A stretch of DNA of 64,000 nt from Thainema sp. (GTDB lineage: Bacteria > Cyanobacteriota > Cyanobacteriia > Phormidesmidales > Phormidesmidaceae), in contig JBQLZK010000015.1 in NCBI GenBank assembly GCA_052168235.1, positions 32,001 through 96,000 on the forward strand, given 5' to 3'. Shown here in pieces: positions 9,385 through 18,840 of this stretch. Both the position numbers and the translations under genes were made by a program. Position 1 is the first letter of the stretch, and every line of letters starts with the position of its first letter. The notes below the pieces were generated by a model that worked only from the letters and a program-made list of their open reading frames with translations, was not told the origin of the DNA and made no database searches.

Positions 9385-10287
9385 CTACTGCGCCCCAGCT
9401 CCAGCCGGTTCGGTACGCTGCTTCTTTCCGCCCGACTTACCGTTTCCTTGTCCATTCGAAGACTTAGAAGACTTTTTCTTAGACGAGGTTGACGTACGCC
9501 AATCCTTTTGCTGCTCGAACCAGTTGGTTGCCGCTGCGTCAATGGCGTCAAACGTTGCGCTAATATTACGGATGAACGTCTGAATCCTCTGGGCTACAAG
9601 GAATTTACTGTTGCGATCGCTTTGCTCCAGTGCTCCTCGAAGTCCCAGACCGCTTTTATCGATGGTGTAGCGGGTTCCCGGCTCCATCGCTGGGAACGTA
9701 AAGACCCCGATTAAATTGGGCGATGATTTAATATTCTGGTAGATATCCTCCTCTTCCAGATAAGAAAAGTCAGCCGCGCTGACGCGCCCCTCATTCAGCA
9801 CTAAAATATGCGGAATCGAGTTGCCCAGCATTTCGACGCTTTTCTGAAGCTGGCGAATACTCTCCCAGCAACCATCACTGACAAAGATTTTGAGCAGCCG
9901 TACTCTGCCTTCAAAGCGCTGCTTTAAGCTTTCCACCACGCTGAGATCTTCCAACCATGCCTGAAAGACATCGATGATATTAGACGGTAGGTTAACCACT
10001 ACATCCTTATGGCTAACAACCGCAGTTTCGTAGATGACATCAGGATTTGAGCGCTTCGCCGGATCGTCGGAGATCGTAATAGTTTGAGTCTCCACCTGAT
10101 CCCGATACATTCGCCCAACATCGTCTATTTGAGCATCGGCTTCAATTAACATGAAGCTATCTTTCCCTCTTGTTTCTGCGTCAAGCAAATACTGACAAAG
10201 GGCTTGGCAAATTGCCGTTTTCCCAACGCCGCCTTTCTGTCCACCGACAATATAAATGGTTCTAATCGAATCTTGACTTGAACTCAT
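9385..10287 (-). CDS. ParA/MinD-superfamily P-loop protein (MobD/StbB-like)
   Basis: Deviant Walker A GQKGGVGKT, LIEAD, VVVNLPS; GGAGG RBS. Confidence 0.75.
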   Translation of the reverse strand: MSSSQDSIRTIYIVGGQKGGVGKTAICQALCQYLLDAETRGKDSFMLIEADAQIDDVGRMYRDQVETQTITISDDPAKRSNPDVIYETAVVSHKDVVVNLPSNIIDVFQAWLEDLSVVESLKQRFEGRVRLLKIFVSDGCWESIRQLQKSVEMLGNSIPHILVLNEGRVSAADFSYLEEEDIYQNIKSSPNLIGVFTFPAMEPGTRYTIDKSGLGLRGALEQSDRNSKFLVAQRIQTFIRNISATFDAIDAAATNWFEQQKDWRTSTSSKKKSSKSSNGQGNGKSGGKKQRTEPAGAGAQ

Positions 10288-10313
10288 TGAGATACCTCCG
10301 TTCCAACCAAATT

Positions 10314-10841
10314 TCAGGCTCCAAACATGCCTGAAATGTCGTTCATTCGCTCTCGATCGCTGTCACCGAGCTCACCGATGGCAGCCTCTTCTACTGTTTC
10401 AAACCCGTTGCCGTGACCATTAGAACTGGTCTCCCCAACAGAGGCAAAATCACTAATCTTCAGCCCCGCCAATGAATCATTTCCATGGCTGTCATGGGTT
10501 TTGACGGCTTGAGGCGTTCCTCCTAAGCGGCTCACCACGTCCTGTGGAGAGATACCACAGGCTGCACAAATCGATTCAATCGTTCCCCAGTGATGCCAAA
10601 TACTTTTCCAGCCTTCCTGAACCAAATGTTCTTTTTTATCCAGCTCACCCTTTGATTGAATGAGCGAATTCAAAGCCCGAACAAAAAACGAGTGATATAG
10701 AAATTCCTGTAACAAGAATTTGGGTTCAATAGGATGCTTTCTAAGATATTCAATGACATAAGCCATTGCAGTACCTTCTTGAGCACGGATTCGAGGAAAC
10801 TGAATTTTTAGCCTGTCATCTTTTCTGGTCTGGCTCATCAT
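10314..10841 (-). CDS. putative ParR-like adaptor
   Basis: Small gene directly downstream of parM, with a disordered acidic tail and terminal helix; function inferred from position. Confidence 0.5.
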   Translation of the reverse strand: MMSQTRKDDRLKIQFPRIRAQEGTAMAYVIEYLRKHPIEPKFLLQEFLYHSFFVRALNSLIQSKGELDKKEHLVQEGWKSIWHHWGTIESICAACGISPQDVVSRLGGTPQAVKTHDSHGNDSLAGLKISDFASVGETSSNGHGNGFETVEEAAIGELGDSDRERMNDISGMFGA

Positions 10842-10849
10842 TCATACGC

Positions 10850-11983
10850 CTATTTATGAACAGCAATCGCTTCTTGATACATCGCGAAATGCAGGGCATA
10901 AACATCACGAAATCTGACCAATAGAGACTCACTATCGGGGTGGTGAGACAGCAACTGTCTCAGTTCCTCAGAGCGCTCGTCAGCATTCCACGCAGGCTCA
11001 GCCCATGCAAACAGTTGGTCAAGTCTGTTTTTGAGATAGTAAGCCCCTCCGCCAGCAATAATCATTTCATCTAATTGCCTAGGTACCGCTGCTTCCAACC
11101 AGTTCGTGAGCAACGCCCAATACTCCTCTCTAGCATTTTCAATGACATCAACCAATGCTTTAGATTCCCGCTCAAAGTTCTCCGGATGAAAGGATTTCAA
11201 TAAAATTCTCAAGTTGGGATCATCCGACGTAATGCTAGATCCCATACCGTAAATGGCCTGGGTGAGCAATTCAGCATTATCAAGTGAAGAGCATTGCATC
11301 ACACTCTCAACCAACCTGATAAAGCCTAGGCTAGTCGTTTGGCTTTCATGAGTGAGGCTACCCTTATCAAACACCAGCAAACTGGTATTTCGATGGCCAC
11401 ACATCAGAACTACAATCTTTCGCTGAGCAAACCAGTTTTCACCATGTTTTCTGGCATAGCCTGCTATAAATCCAGCACCTTCGGGCAGGCACTTAAATTC
11501 ATCTGTGTAGACATTTATTTTTTGGTTCCGAAAATAATAATTTTTGGCCTCTTTTTGAAATTTCTCCTTCAACTGTTCGCGATTCGTATACTCTCCAAAG
11601 GGCAACAGCGTAGAGACAGCCACTTCAATTTCTCGATCCAGACCTTCTTTCTGAATAATGGCCCCAATAACGGCCATCAACTTCGCTGCGCCCTGTTCGA
11701 ACTTCAGTTGCGTCAGTTTTGGCGTACCGTGAAACTGCTTGGCTAAGTGTCCCAGAACAATGCAGTCGTCCGCTGTCTTCTTAAATGACAACCAGGCATC
11801 ATTCTCAGGCCAGGCATTATTCAAAGCTCCTCGGCTAGCCTTGTAGATATCAATGCTGGATTGAGGCAGAGTCAGAATCTGTGGCTCCATCACAACCACT
11901 CCAGTCCGCCCATCATTGACCTGATAAAGCGTCTTGCTGGCGGAGGAACCTTGGTCGCTAGAGATCATAAGCTTTGCTGCCAT
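10850..11983 (-). CDS. parM: ParM/StbA actin-like ATPase
   Basis: Phosphate-1 SDQGSSASK, LPFGEY, LPEGAG, phosphate-2-like MCGHRNTS, adenosine motif IAGGGA. Confidence 0.85.
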   Translation of the reverse strand: MAAKLMISSDQGSSASKTLYQVNDGRTGVVVMEPQILTLPQSSIDIYKASRGALNNAWPENDAWLSFKKTADDCIVLGHLAKQFHGTPKLTQLKFEQGAAKLMAVIGAIIQKEGLDREIEVAVSTLLPFGEYTNREQLKEKFQKEAKNYYFRNQKINVYTDEFKCLPEGAGFIAGYARKHGENWFAQRKIVVLMCGHRNTSLLVFDKGSLTHESQTTSLGFIRLVESVMQCSSLDNAELLTQAIYGMGSSITSDDPNLRILLKSFHPENFERESKALVDVIENAREEYWALLTNWLEAAVPRQLDEMIIAGGGAYYLKNRLDQLFAWAEPAWNADERSEELRQLLSHHPDSESLLVRFRDVYALHFAMYQEAIAVHK

Positions 11984-12107
11984 GTGAATCTCACTTGCTT
12001 ACGTCATCGCCCCTATCCTATGCAAGCTTACAATATTCGATAAATCCATCAATGGGTGAGTATCACAGAATCGGTGCTTTTTTACACCTAATCGTTAGAG
12101 AGCAACT

Positions 12108-12302
12108 GTGGCCTTTTCCGATAAATCGTGTCCGCTGATGGCCTTTTATGGCCGATTAAGACCAAAAATAAACAGTTTTTCAAAGATATAGGACTAAAAG
12201 TGCGGCAAAATATCTCAAAACTGCGCCCCTTCATGACCAAACTTGCCGTTATGCGATTTTTGATGCCCCAACGTGTCCTCCTATGACCAAACATGTCCGC
12301 AA
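12108..12302. repeat. two clusters of 10-bp-phased RTGNCC repeats, parC-like centromere candidate
   Basis: RTGNCC at 12108, 12128, 12138, 12148 and at 12233, 12263, 12273, 12283, 12293; near-matches in phase at 12158, 12223, 12243. Confidence 0.65.
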
Positions 12303-12319
12303 AAAAGAGGTTTGAGTAG

Positions 12320-12372
12320 TGCTTGATACCTTTTCGAGAACGGTCAAGCAATGGGCTTAAGGCACACACTTT
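12320..12372. other. candidate oriT inverted repeat
   Basis: TGCTTGA (12320) / TCAAGCA (12344) hairpin just upstream of mobC-relaxase; no nic site identified. Confidence 0.35.
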
Positions 12373-12427
12373 TTTACAACTTTAGATAAATAGGAATCCA
12401 ATTGCTTTCGTCTTAGCTTCGAAACAG

Positions 12428-12781
12428 TTGGGTCAATTCCATGCTGTGGTTAAACGAAACAATCGGATTCCGGTTCGGGTCACGCCGGACGAAAAGGCAA
12501 CCATTCAATCCAGTGCCAGTGCGATCGGCACTAACGTATCTCGCATGTTGAGAGTATTGGGCCTGAAAGCAAAGGAACTTCATCAACTCATCGTACTGAT
12601 CAGACGGATTACAGCCCGGCTATTGCGACTCAAGTCGCTCAGCTACCGACGGCAAGTTAATCCAGACGAAATTCGATCGGCTGTTGATGGAGCACTGGAG
12701 CCTTTACATGCCATCGAAAAGTCTTTGCAATCCCCTCCTGGATCAGAGGCTCATGAAAAACGTAAATCAACTGAACCATGA
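12428..12781 (+). CDS. mobC: MobC-like relaxosome accessory protein (RHH); start may be GTG 12446
   Basis: KRNNRIPVRVTPDEKATIQSSASAIGTNVSRMLR ribbon-helix-helix pattern; ATGA overlap with the relaxase. Confidence 0.75.
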   Translation: MGQFHAVVKRNNRIPVRVTPDEKATIQSSASAIGTNVSRMLRVLGLKAKELHQLIVLIRRITARLLRLKSLSYRRQVNPDEIRSAVDGALEPLHAIEKSLQSPPGSEAHEKRKSTEP

Positions 12782-14946
12782 TTGGTAACGTTACAACAAG
12801 CAACGATTTTCAGAAGACAACCCGATACATTTGTCGGGCTGGTTCTCAGCAAGTCTATGCCAACTTTGGAGCCGCCGTCACCAATGACGCTAACTGGATT
12901 GCGCAGGCGATGGCATCCACAGCCCAGCAGGGAGTCCGTGTTGAAAAACCTTGCTATCACATCTCGATTTCTCCTAGCCCAAAGGATGAGCTTTGCGACG
13001 GGGATTGGTACCGTCTCACTGAAGACTTTTTAGGGGAAATGGGATTGGCCGATCGGCAAGCCGTGGGATGGCTCCATCACGATGCGACCTTTCCAGACGG
13101 TCACCCTAGGTCCCACCTACATCTAGTCATCAACCGAGTTGGTGAACTGGGACAGACTTATTCGACCGCTTGGGATTATCGCAAAGTCGATCGGGTACTG
13201 AGACATCTAGAGGCTAGCTACCAGCTCGACTCAGTTAGACCAGCCAGTGAAGCCGCCATTAGGCGAGACACACCGGGGCAAATACATCGGGTCGCAGCTG
13301 AGCAAGCGCACTACCACGCAGCAGATCATCCCCGTTCGGACCCTCCTGAACCCAGTATCAGACGCCAGCTCCAATCTGCCCTTGATGCTGCGATCGCACA
13401 AACCACATCACCCGATAACATTGTCGAAATCCTATCGCAGCAGGGCATCGAAACCCAGATCAATGACCGGGGCTGGAGTTTTGCCAAAGATGGTGTCTAC
13501 CTGGCTGGCAATCAACTCGGACGGCGTTATTCACTAAATTCGGTAGAGCAGATGGTCGATCAGCAGCCTTCCTCTCAAGCTCAATCACCAAAGCCAAATC
13601 AACAGCCGGATCAAAAGCTGCTACAAAGTCGGCAACGGCAGCGCCGACTGACCATGCAGGAGATCATGCAGGAAAGCTCTGAAGCTCAGGCGGGATCGCA
13701 GCAGCGGCAGCGATCGGCTCGTAGCCTGAACTCAATGGGTCAGCACATGATGCGGGACTCCGATGAGGTCGATGGCCTGACGTTTATCGGCGGTGCGATC
13801 GCAACCGCTGGTGCTGCCGTTGAGATAGGAGAAGCTTTTTCCCAGCAGATTACGCAGGCTAGAGCCAAAGCCGAAGGTAAACGCGCTATCGAACAGGTCA
13901 AGAAGCTAGAAGAAATTGGCGATCGCACTACGGCTCTGGAAAATACCCTGGTTAAACAAGCCCACCAGATGAACCACTCTCAGAGAGAGAACCAATCGGC
14001 AATCAAATCACCAGAGAACACTCCTAGCATTGATGTTGCTGATTCGCCCGCCGCACAAAGCCTTAATCTCGCGAATGAGCGGTTAATGACGATTGGAAAG
14101 CAGCTCGGGGTTGAGTTAGCAGCAGCAGAACCGATTGAACTGGATCCGACTGCCCCCACGGGCAAACAACTCGACCAGATGGATAAAGCCATTGCTCAGT
14201 TGGATAAGCGTCTCGGCACGCTAGAAGAAGCGGTGGCCGAGATCACTCAGATGCCAGAACCTACATTCGCTCAGGGGGCTGATATTGCCCAATCACTGGA
14301 GCAGTTCATCCAGTCGAGGACTCAATTTAGAGGCGAGACCGAACCCAGCACCTTCATCAGCTCTGCGGGCGTGGTTACGCTGACCAGGGAAGGGTTTCAA
14401 CAGCAAGATGCTCGACTTACGATTACCGATGCCGACTACGGCACCGTCTTTGAAGCCGTTAAGCCCGTCGATCGCAACTGGGAAGCCCAAATTAACGAAT
14501 TACAGCCCGAACAGGCCGAAACGATCACCCAATTGCCCCAATCCGTTGAGGCATACAGCCAGTACAAACAGGGGCAGCAAATTGTCAGCGCCCTGCAATC
14601 CCTGGCATCTGGCGAGTTTGAGAACGATCACGGCCAAATTGACTGGAGCAGTCGAGCCTCTGGCTTCCGCTATCGCTTCAACATTAAACGACATCCTGAC
14701 AGCAGGCAGGAGGTAACGGGGCGTGATGCCAATAGTGACGATATTGTCTTCAACGCCACGATTAGCCGGGAGAACAACGTCTTCGTGGCCCAGAACAACA
14801 TTCCCAATCAACACAGCAACGAGCTGCTCAACCAACGTGAACCGGTATTAACTCCAGATTGGGAGCTATCACCTGAAGCAGACTCCCAAGGCATCATCTT
14901 GGGGATTCAGCCCCAACCATCCCGGCAACGAGAGCTGGAATTGTAG
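12778..14946 (+). CDS. relaxase (MOBP-like) with long C-terminal extension
   Basis: N-terminal Tyr (TTRYI), YHISISPSP, HHD..SHLHLVINRV HUH motif. Confidence 0.9.
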   Translation: MIGNVTTSNDFQKTTRYICRAGSQQVYANFGAAVTNDANWIAQAMASTAQQGVRVEKPCYHISISPSPKDELCDGDWYRLTEDFLGEMGLADRQAVGWLHHDATFPDGHPRSHLHLVINRVGELGQTYSTAWDYRKVDRVLRHLEASYQLDSVRPASEAAIRRDTPGQIHRVAAEQAHYHAADHPRSDPPEPSIRRQLQSALDAAIAQTTSPDNIVEILSQQGIETQINDRGWSFAKDGVYLAGNQLGRRYSLNSVEQMVDQQPSSQAQSPKPNQQPDQKLLQSRQRQRRLTMQEIMQESSEAQAGSQQRQRSARSLNSMGQHMMRDSDEVDGLTFIGGAIATAGAAVEIGEAFSQQITQARAKAEGKRAIEQVKKLEEIGDRTTALENTLVKQAHQMNHSQRENQSAIKSPENTPSIDVADSPAAQSLNLANERLMTIGKQLGVELAAAEPIELDPTAPTGKQLDQMDKAIAQLDKRLGTLEEAVAEITQMPEPTFAQGADIAQSLEQFIQSRTQFRGETEPSTFISSAGVVTLTREGFQQQDARLTITDADYGTVFEAVKPVDRNWEAQINELQPEQAETITQLPQSVEAYSQYKQGQQIVSALQSLASGEFENDHGQIDWSSRASGFRYRFNIKRHPDSRQEVTGRDANSDDIVFNATISRENNVFVAQNNIPNQHSNELLNQREPVLTPDWELSPEADSQGIILGIQPQPSRQRELEL

Positions 14947-14999
14947 GGAACAGACTTTTCAACACAGTTCAAAACAAGACGCAGTTAAGAGGTACCCGA

Positions 15000-15599
15000 A
15001 TGACCTTCGTTAAACGCAACCAACGCAAGCCTAACGTGATCCGATTTCAACTGCTCTGGAAAATAGTTAGTCTACATCGTAACGAAGTCAGACTCATTGC
15101 CACACTGGCAGCTATTACAGGCTATATGGTGTTCGCCAGTCCGGCAGTTTTGATGACCGCAATTATTATCGGCACGATTGCGATCGCATTTGGACTAATC
15201 AACCGCAGTGCTCAGTCCGTTGCGGGTCTGGGTTTGCCAATTCAAGGCTGGCATCTGGCCAGTATCGTAATTGCCATTTCCGCCCTAGTTGGAATGGGGT
15301 CAACTGACCCCGTCTTGGCCCAAATGTTCAACAACCTAGAGCAGTCAGTCAATGATGCCATCAACAACACTGGCGGCACCTCAATTTCTCCAGAAACCAT
15401 CACAACGATCTTCAATATTTTCCGCATCCTGATTGTTCTAGCCTTCCTGATTGGCGTGGTGATTGTCTTTACCCAGGCAACGCGAGGCGGAGACTGGCAA
15501 CCAATCGCCAACCTGCTCGCAATTGGGATAGCGTTCGTTATCGGTGTTGAGGTGATTTCCACCCTGATTATTGGCGGCGGAGCCAGTGCTGGTGGATAA
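15000..15599 (+). CDS. T4SS pilin-like membrane protein
   Basis: Multiple TM helices, VLA-Q processing-like site, first gene before virB4. Confidence 0.55.
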   Translation: MTFVKRNQRKPNVIRFQLLWKIVSLHRNEVRLIATLAAITGYMVFASPAVLMTAIIIGTIAIAFGLINRSAQSVAGLGLPIQGWHLASIVIAISALVGMGSTDPVLAQMFNNLEQSVNDAINNTGGTSISPETITTIFNIFRILIVLAFLIGVVIVFTQATRGGDWQPIANLLAIGIAFVIGVEVISTLIIGGGASAGG

Positions 15600-15627
15600 A
15601 AACGTTCTGTTAACTTGCATTTGAATC

Positions 15628-18600
15628 ATGACTCGTGACGTAGACAGAGATCCGATCCGCGTCAACAAGTTGCTAGGGGAACGAGCCCGGATTGGTCCGA
15701 TTCCCGCGGAACAACTGTTGCCCTGGGTCGCCATTGGTGGCATGAGCTTCTTTCTGTTCAAGATGCTCCTAGCTGTCTCCTTTATGGCCTGGTTACTGAT
15801 TTGGTTCTGGCTAAATGGTACCTGGTGGCTCCTCACCGGACGCAAAACCTATCAGTTCATCAAAAGCTGGGCACAGCCTCCCGGTTGGGACTGGACAAAC
15901 GGTGAAACTTTATTTTTTCGTGCTCACGAAGATGCAGTCATGTGGCAAAAATTTCGCAATTTTCTGAAACGAAACAAAAAAATTAAGCGAGAGACCCAAG
16001 CGGGTGAAAAGCAGTTTGCTCCCTTCCAAGATCTGACTCACCTACACTCCATCGCGGAGGTGGAATTGAGTGGGCACAAGTTTGCTTGTCTCCTGCTCTA
16101 TGATGCAGGCAAGGATCAATGGTCAGCAGAAATTCCGTTCAAGTTACAGGGCTTACACCCCCAGCTGTATCGCTCAGAAGTTGAAGATGCGATCGCATCG
16201 ATTCAGCAAGGAATGTCGGAAATTCTAGAGGGGGAGCGCCTGCGTTTCCATACTGACTGCCGGTCGTCTATTAAAACCCGTAAATCGGAGCTGCGTACTC
16301 TCTCGCGGACCACCCAGATGCCCTCAGTTGCCGTCATGCTGCTGGATGAGGAAGTCCGCACCCAAGAGCTAACTGAAAAGGGGGCACGGCAGGTTTGGTC
16401 ACAAACGGTATGGGCCACCTGGTCTACGGCCCACGCCAACGAACAGGGAACAGACGCTATCGGCAAAGCAGTTCTCCAGGCCAAAAAACTGATTGATCAG
16501 CGTGTTCGCAAGATTGCAGGTACAAAAGCCATCCACTTTCAGCGATTTTATCTGAAGCTTATTCGCCAGATTCACGACAGCGGCTATATCAACTGGCGCA
16601 ATATTTTAGAAACCAAAGCTCGGCTCAATATTGAACCGATGGATGCCCAGGAACTTTGGGAATGGCTCTGGTACCGCTTCAATCAGCGTAAGGCTCCTCA
16701 GCTGACTCAGTACATTCGAGTGCAGTCTACCGACGATGGCATTCGGCAGCGGATTCCACCTTCCGGTCAAAAAGACCTGGTAACACTACTGCTACAAGGC
16801 GATCGCGGTCAGTCTTCCTGCCCCAAGCATAAGCGACAACACGGCTACGTGTACGTTAATGGTCTGGTCGGAAAGGTCGCCGTCATTGAAGCTCCTCCAG
16901 AGCTATGGCGCAATACCCGGCAGCAGCTCAAATGGATTTGGGATCGACTCTCTCAAGCTTGGATTCGGGACACCGAATGCGTGGTAGAGGTCACTCACAA
17001 AGAAGCCTGGTCTACCCAAGATGAGCTGGAGAAAATGAACCGCCAAAGCTATTTTGAGGCTCAACGAGCAGCCGTGTACGGAACAGGTCAAGACGTATCG
17101 GCCAGTTTCCAGCGACAACAGGCAGAGCAAGCTCTGATAAAAATTTATGAGGGACAACGCCCCCTGCTGGTAGCCTGTACATTCATTGTCTGGCGAAAGA
17201 CGGAGCGGGCTTGTGATGAAGCGATCGCACAGCTCTGTAACTCATTTGGAGCCGCCGAAGCCGTCGTTGAAAATGATGTCTGCTGGCGGGTGTGGTTAGA
17301 GACCTTACCGATTAATACATTTCCGCTGCTGACGCGCTACAACGCCTTTTCTGAGCGACGCGTTGTTCTAGATACTGAAACCGTTGCTGGCTTCCTACCG
17401 CTAACCTGTCCTAAAGACATCCAACAGCGGGGCGTGGAGTTTCTGACCGAAGAAGGGGGAAAGCCGCTCTATGTGGATCTGTTCAGCGGCACGGGGCGGG
17501 TGCTGATCACGGGCACTACGGGCTCGGGTAAGTCTGTACTCGGCTGGCGGTTTATCGAAGATGCCCTGGCTCAAAATATTCCGGTCGTCGGGATTGACCT
17601 CAGTAGCGGCGGTGACTCAACCTTTCAGACGGCTGTGCAATCCCTCGGCAAGTACGGAGCCTATGTCGATATCCTGCACGAACGACTCAATCTGCTGGAG
17701 CCGCCCAATTTGCTTAATCTAGAGCCGGATGACCAGCTGCAACGGTTCAAGCGGTGGAAGGATTTTGTGCGGCAGGCCATTGTTGCGATCGCAATGGGGC
17801 AAATTAATGACCAGCAGTTGCTAGAGCGGGTCAACAGCATCGTTCTGCGGACGCTAGATGTCTTTTTTTCTGATGCTGAAATTACCGAACGCTACAACGA
17901 GGCAATCGAGCAAGGCTGGCAGTCGGATGCCTGGCAGAAGATGCCCACGCTTCATGATTTTTTGAAGTTTTGCTCACGAGAGCAGCTTGACCTCAAAAGC
18001 TATGAAGACATAGACGCACAAGCAATTAACCAGATTGTGGCCCAGGTAGGAGCCAAGCTAGTTGATCCAAATATCGGTGATGCCATTGGACGACCCAGTT
18101 CGGTAAATCCAGAGCCCCTGATCACGTTTTATGCGCTGTCGGGGCTAACTAACGAAAGTAATTCCTACATCATGGCGCTCTCCGCACAAATGGCAGCACT
18201 GCGCAATGCTTTGGCTCATAATCATTCCCTGTTTGTCGGAGATGAGCTGTCGGTCTTGCTGAGTAAACGAGGCTTTGCTGACATCGTGGGGGAAACCTTT
18301 GCCACCGGGCGAAAGGAAGGAATCAGCGCGGTGATTTTAGCGCAAGACCTAGATGCGATCGTCGAGTGTAGTGCTTCAGCCAAGATTTTAGCCAATATCA
18401 GCATCACCATTACTGGCAAAACCACCCATGCAGGCGGTAACGCCTATATGCAGGCATTAGACTATCCCGCCAATGTCATCAAATACAACGCCACCGAACG
18501 CTTTAAGGGTAGCAAAGCCGATTTATTTACTCGTTGGCTGATAGAAGAGCAAGGGCGCTTCTGGCGAACCCGGTACTACGCCAACCCACTGATGCTGGCG

Positions 18601-18840
18601 GCCCTGGCAAATAGCGAAGCCGAACAGCTCGCCCGCAGCCGGGTGATGGCCTTCTATCCACCAACTACTCGCGGCTACCTAGAGGGGCTAAAAGACTTTA
18701 CGGGTCAGTATGTTCAAGCCATGCGCGGGGTGATCAGTTTTGAGGACATTCAAGCATCACCGCAAGCCCGGCGTCGAACTCAAGCTGTAGATCCAGATAT
18801 GGGCAACATGAGCAATTTAGTAAAGACGAGGACAGTATGA
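15628..18840 (+). CDS. virB4: VirB4-like ATPase with N-terminal VirB3-like membrane segment
   Basis: Walker A GTTGSGKS, Walker B FVGDE, GRKEGISAVILAQD; 1070 aa within the tra operon. Confidence 0.85.
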   Translation: MTRDVDRDPIRVNKLLGERARIGPIPAEQLLPWVAIGGMSFFLFKMLLAVSFMAWLLIWFWLNGTWWLLTGRKTYQFIKSWAQPPGWDWTNGETLFFRAHEDAVMWQKFRNFLKRNKKIKRETQAGEKQFAPFQDLTHLHSIAEVELSGHKFACLLLYDAGKDQWSAEIPFKLQGLHPQLYRSEVEDAIASIQQGMSEILEGERLRFHTDCRSSIKTRKSELRTLSRTTQMPSVAVMLLDEEVRTQELTEKGARQVWSQTVWATWSTAHANEQGTDAIGKAVLQAKKLIDQRVRKIAGTKAIHFQRFYLKLIRQIHDSGYINWRNILETKARLNIEPMDAQELWEWLWYRFNQRKAPQLTQYIRVQSTDDGIRQRIPPSGQKDLVTLLLQGDRGQSSCPKHKRQHGYVYVNGLVGKVAVIEAPPELWRNTRQQLKWIWDRLSQAWIRDTECVVEVTHKEAWSTQDELEKMNRQSYFEAQRAAVYGTGQDVSASFQRQQAEQALIKIYEGQRPLLVACTFIVWRKTERACDEAIAQLCNSFGAAEAVVENDVCWRVWLETLPINTFPLLTRYNAFSERRVVLDTETVAGFLPLTCPKDIQQRGVEFLTEEGGKPLYVDLFSGTGRVLITGTTGSGKSVLGWRFIEDALAQNIPVVGIDLSSGGDSTFQTAVQSLGKYGAYVDILHERLNLLEPPNLLNLEPDDQLQRFKRWKDFVRQAIVAIAMGQINDQQLLERVNSIVLRTLDVFFSDAEITERYNEAIEQGWQSDAWQKMPTLHDFLKFCSREQLDLKSYEDIDAQAINQIVAQVGAKLVDPNIGDAIGRPSSVNPEPLITFYALSGLTNESNSYIMALSAQMAALRNALAHNHSLFVGDELSVLLSKRGFADIVGETFATGRKEGISAVILAQDLDAIVECSASAKILANISITITGKTTHAGGNAYMQALDYPANVIKYNATERFKGSKADLFTRWLIEEQGRFWRTRYYANPLMLAALANSEAEQLARSRVMAFYPPTTRGYLEGLKDFTGQYVQAMRGVISFEDIQASPQARRRTQAVDPDMGNMSNLVKTRTV

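Noticed and set aside
12011..12023. CCCTATCCTATGC as an RP4-type nic site
   Set aside because: It lacks the conserved G (TATCCTG) and an adjacent inverted repeat, and lies in the parM leader.
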